Assembly: GCF_006345805.1 (NCBI RefSeq) | Contig: NC_043012.1 | Coordinates: forward strand, 23,932,001 to 23,996,000 | DNA: 64,000 nucleotides | Direction of reading: 5' to 3' | Source of the DNA: Octopus sinensis | Lineage: Eukaryota | In this document: piece by piece, positions 62,160 through 64,000 of the stretch | How the letters are laid out: every line of letters begins with the position of its first letter | Numbering within the stretch: the first letter of the stretch is position 1 | Notes under the pieces: model-generated | What the model saw: the letters and a program-made list of their open reading frames with translations, nothing else | Told to the model about the DNA's origin: nothing | Databases searched by the model: none | Translations under genes and position numbers: made by a program

Positions 62160-63172
62160 TGTGTGTATTGTGTGTGTGTGTGAATGTGTGAGGAACAAAT
62201 TTCAGCAGAAGCTATGAGCATATCAATCTTTGCTTTCCAACCACATTCAGTCTGATTGCGTGGCCCCTTAGGTGTCTTATACTATAGCCGCAAACATAGA
62301 GCGAGAAACAGAGAGGGGAAGAGAGATAGAGAGCGACATTACACATACATATAAACATAACTAGATGCTGACACACACACACACACAGATACATACATAT
62401 ACATACTCTAACACAAAGAAAGAGAGTGGGGTGGATAGCAAGAGAAACAATAAAACGTCTGATGTCATATAAGTCAGCATTGAATCAGCAACACGAAACA
62501 GGTGGCGTCAAAACAGCTGAGCCAAAATGCCTCATATGCAAATATTTTGCATCACGCCCAACAATAATGAAAAATCAAGAAAGAGAAAATAACAACAAAC
62601 AGAAGGAATTGGACCAAGACCAAACAAAGGATATCAAGTACAGCGTGGATGGTCAGTCGTCCATAAATATGCGAAACATTGGTTTCAAACTTTTCATCCC
62701 ATCAACTGTGACTTGATCACTAGCATGGTTCCATGTGATCTGGGATCAAACCGATTGCTAAACGAATATATCTCCAAAAGAAAGGGTACGTATGTCATCA
62801 CTGAGGAGATAAGCAAAATTCAGGTGAATACCTCAGTAGCACTTCATGCAGGAACCTGGCTAGCATAAGGCTTGAATAAAGGTGTAAAGGTAACACATTT
62901 TAATTAACTAAATGATGACTGGGTATAATTCAGTCAATCATTAACAGAACATTTTGTCAATCCAAGGGGTGTTTATCAAATAGGTATGTTATAATCATCA
63001 AAATGTGAATAACTATAATTTTAATTGAGGAAAAGTGAGGTCAAATCAATGCTACATATGTTTCAGTGAGAAACACCTATTATTTCATTTATGCAATAAA
63101 TTTAGTGGTCATTTACTTTTTCCAAGATTTTAATTTGAATCACTATTTACTTATCATAATTTTATAATGATT

Positions 63173-63640
<468 letters not shown>

Positions 63641-63677
63641 TCTCTATATATATGTGTGTGGTGCATGCATGCGTGCA

Positions 63678-63720
<43 letters not shown>

Positions 63721-63747
63721 TCATCATCATCATCATCATCATCGTAT

Positions 63748-63782
<35 letters not shown>

Positions 63783-64000
63783 AGAAGATGCATAGCTAAG
63801 TGGCTACGGTAGTCAGCACACAACTGTAAGGTTGTGCATTCAATTATCGGTGGTGTGCAATGCCTTTGAGCAAGACACTTATTCCACATTGCTACAGTCC
63901 ACTCAGTAAGTGAAAATGTGCTGTATCTGTTATATGAAGGGTCAGTTTTGTCAGAGTCTGAGTTATGCTGAATCTTGCTGAGAAATATGTTAAAGGTACA

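Overview
Eukaryotic, AT-rich, extremely repeat-dense window. The SINE, LINE and microsatellite content looks like a cephalopod (Octopus-like) genome; this rests on recalled family consensus sequences, not a database search. I could not identify any host gene. Almost all ORFs in the supplied track are microsatellite or transposon artefacts. The window is probably intronic or intergenic. Well-supported content: a 5'-truncated RTE LINE (1-2460, minus) whose RT carries an in-frame PHD finger; R4/Dong-type LINE pieces tied to (TAA)n; many RTE 3'-end copies; at least four tRNA-derived SINE families; a Helitron; several MITEs; three microsatellite-cored minisatellites; and several local tandem duplications. 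The best leads are the PHD-in-RT insertion, a textbook recursive-splice-site motif on the minus strand (duplicated, 28355/29343) with several minus-strand microexon candidates, a candidate terminal exon encoding 13-aa charged repeats (4861-5272), a (TAA)n insertion hotspot with an R4 chimera (26.7-29.6 kb), and a palindromic compound microsatellite (63303-63490). Repeat boundaries were read by eye and may be off by tens of bases unless a TSD or TIR is cited.
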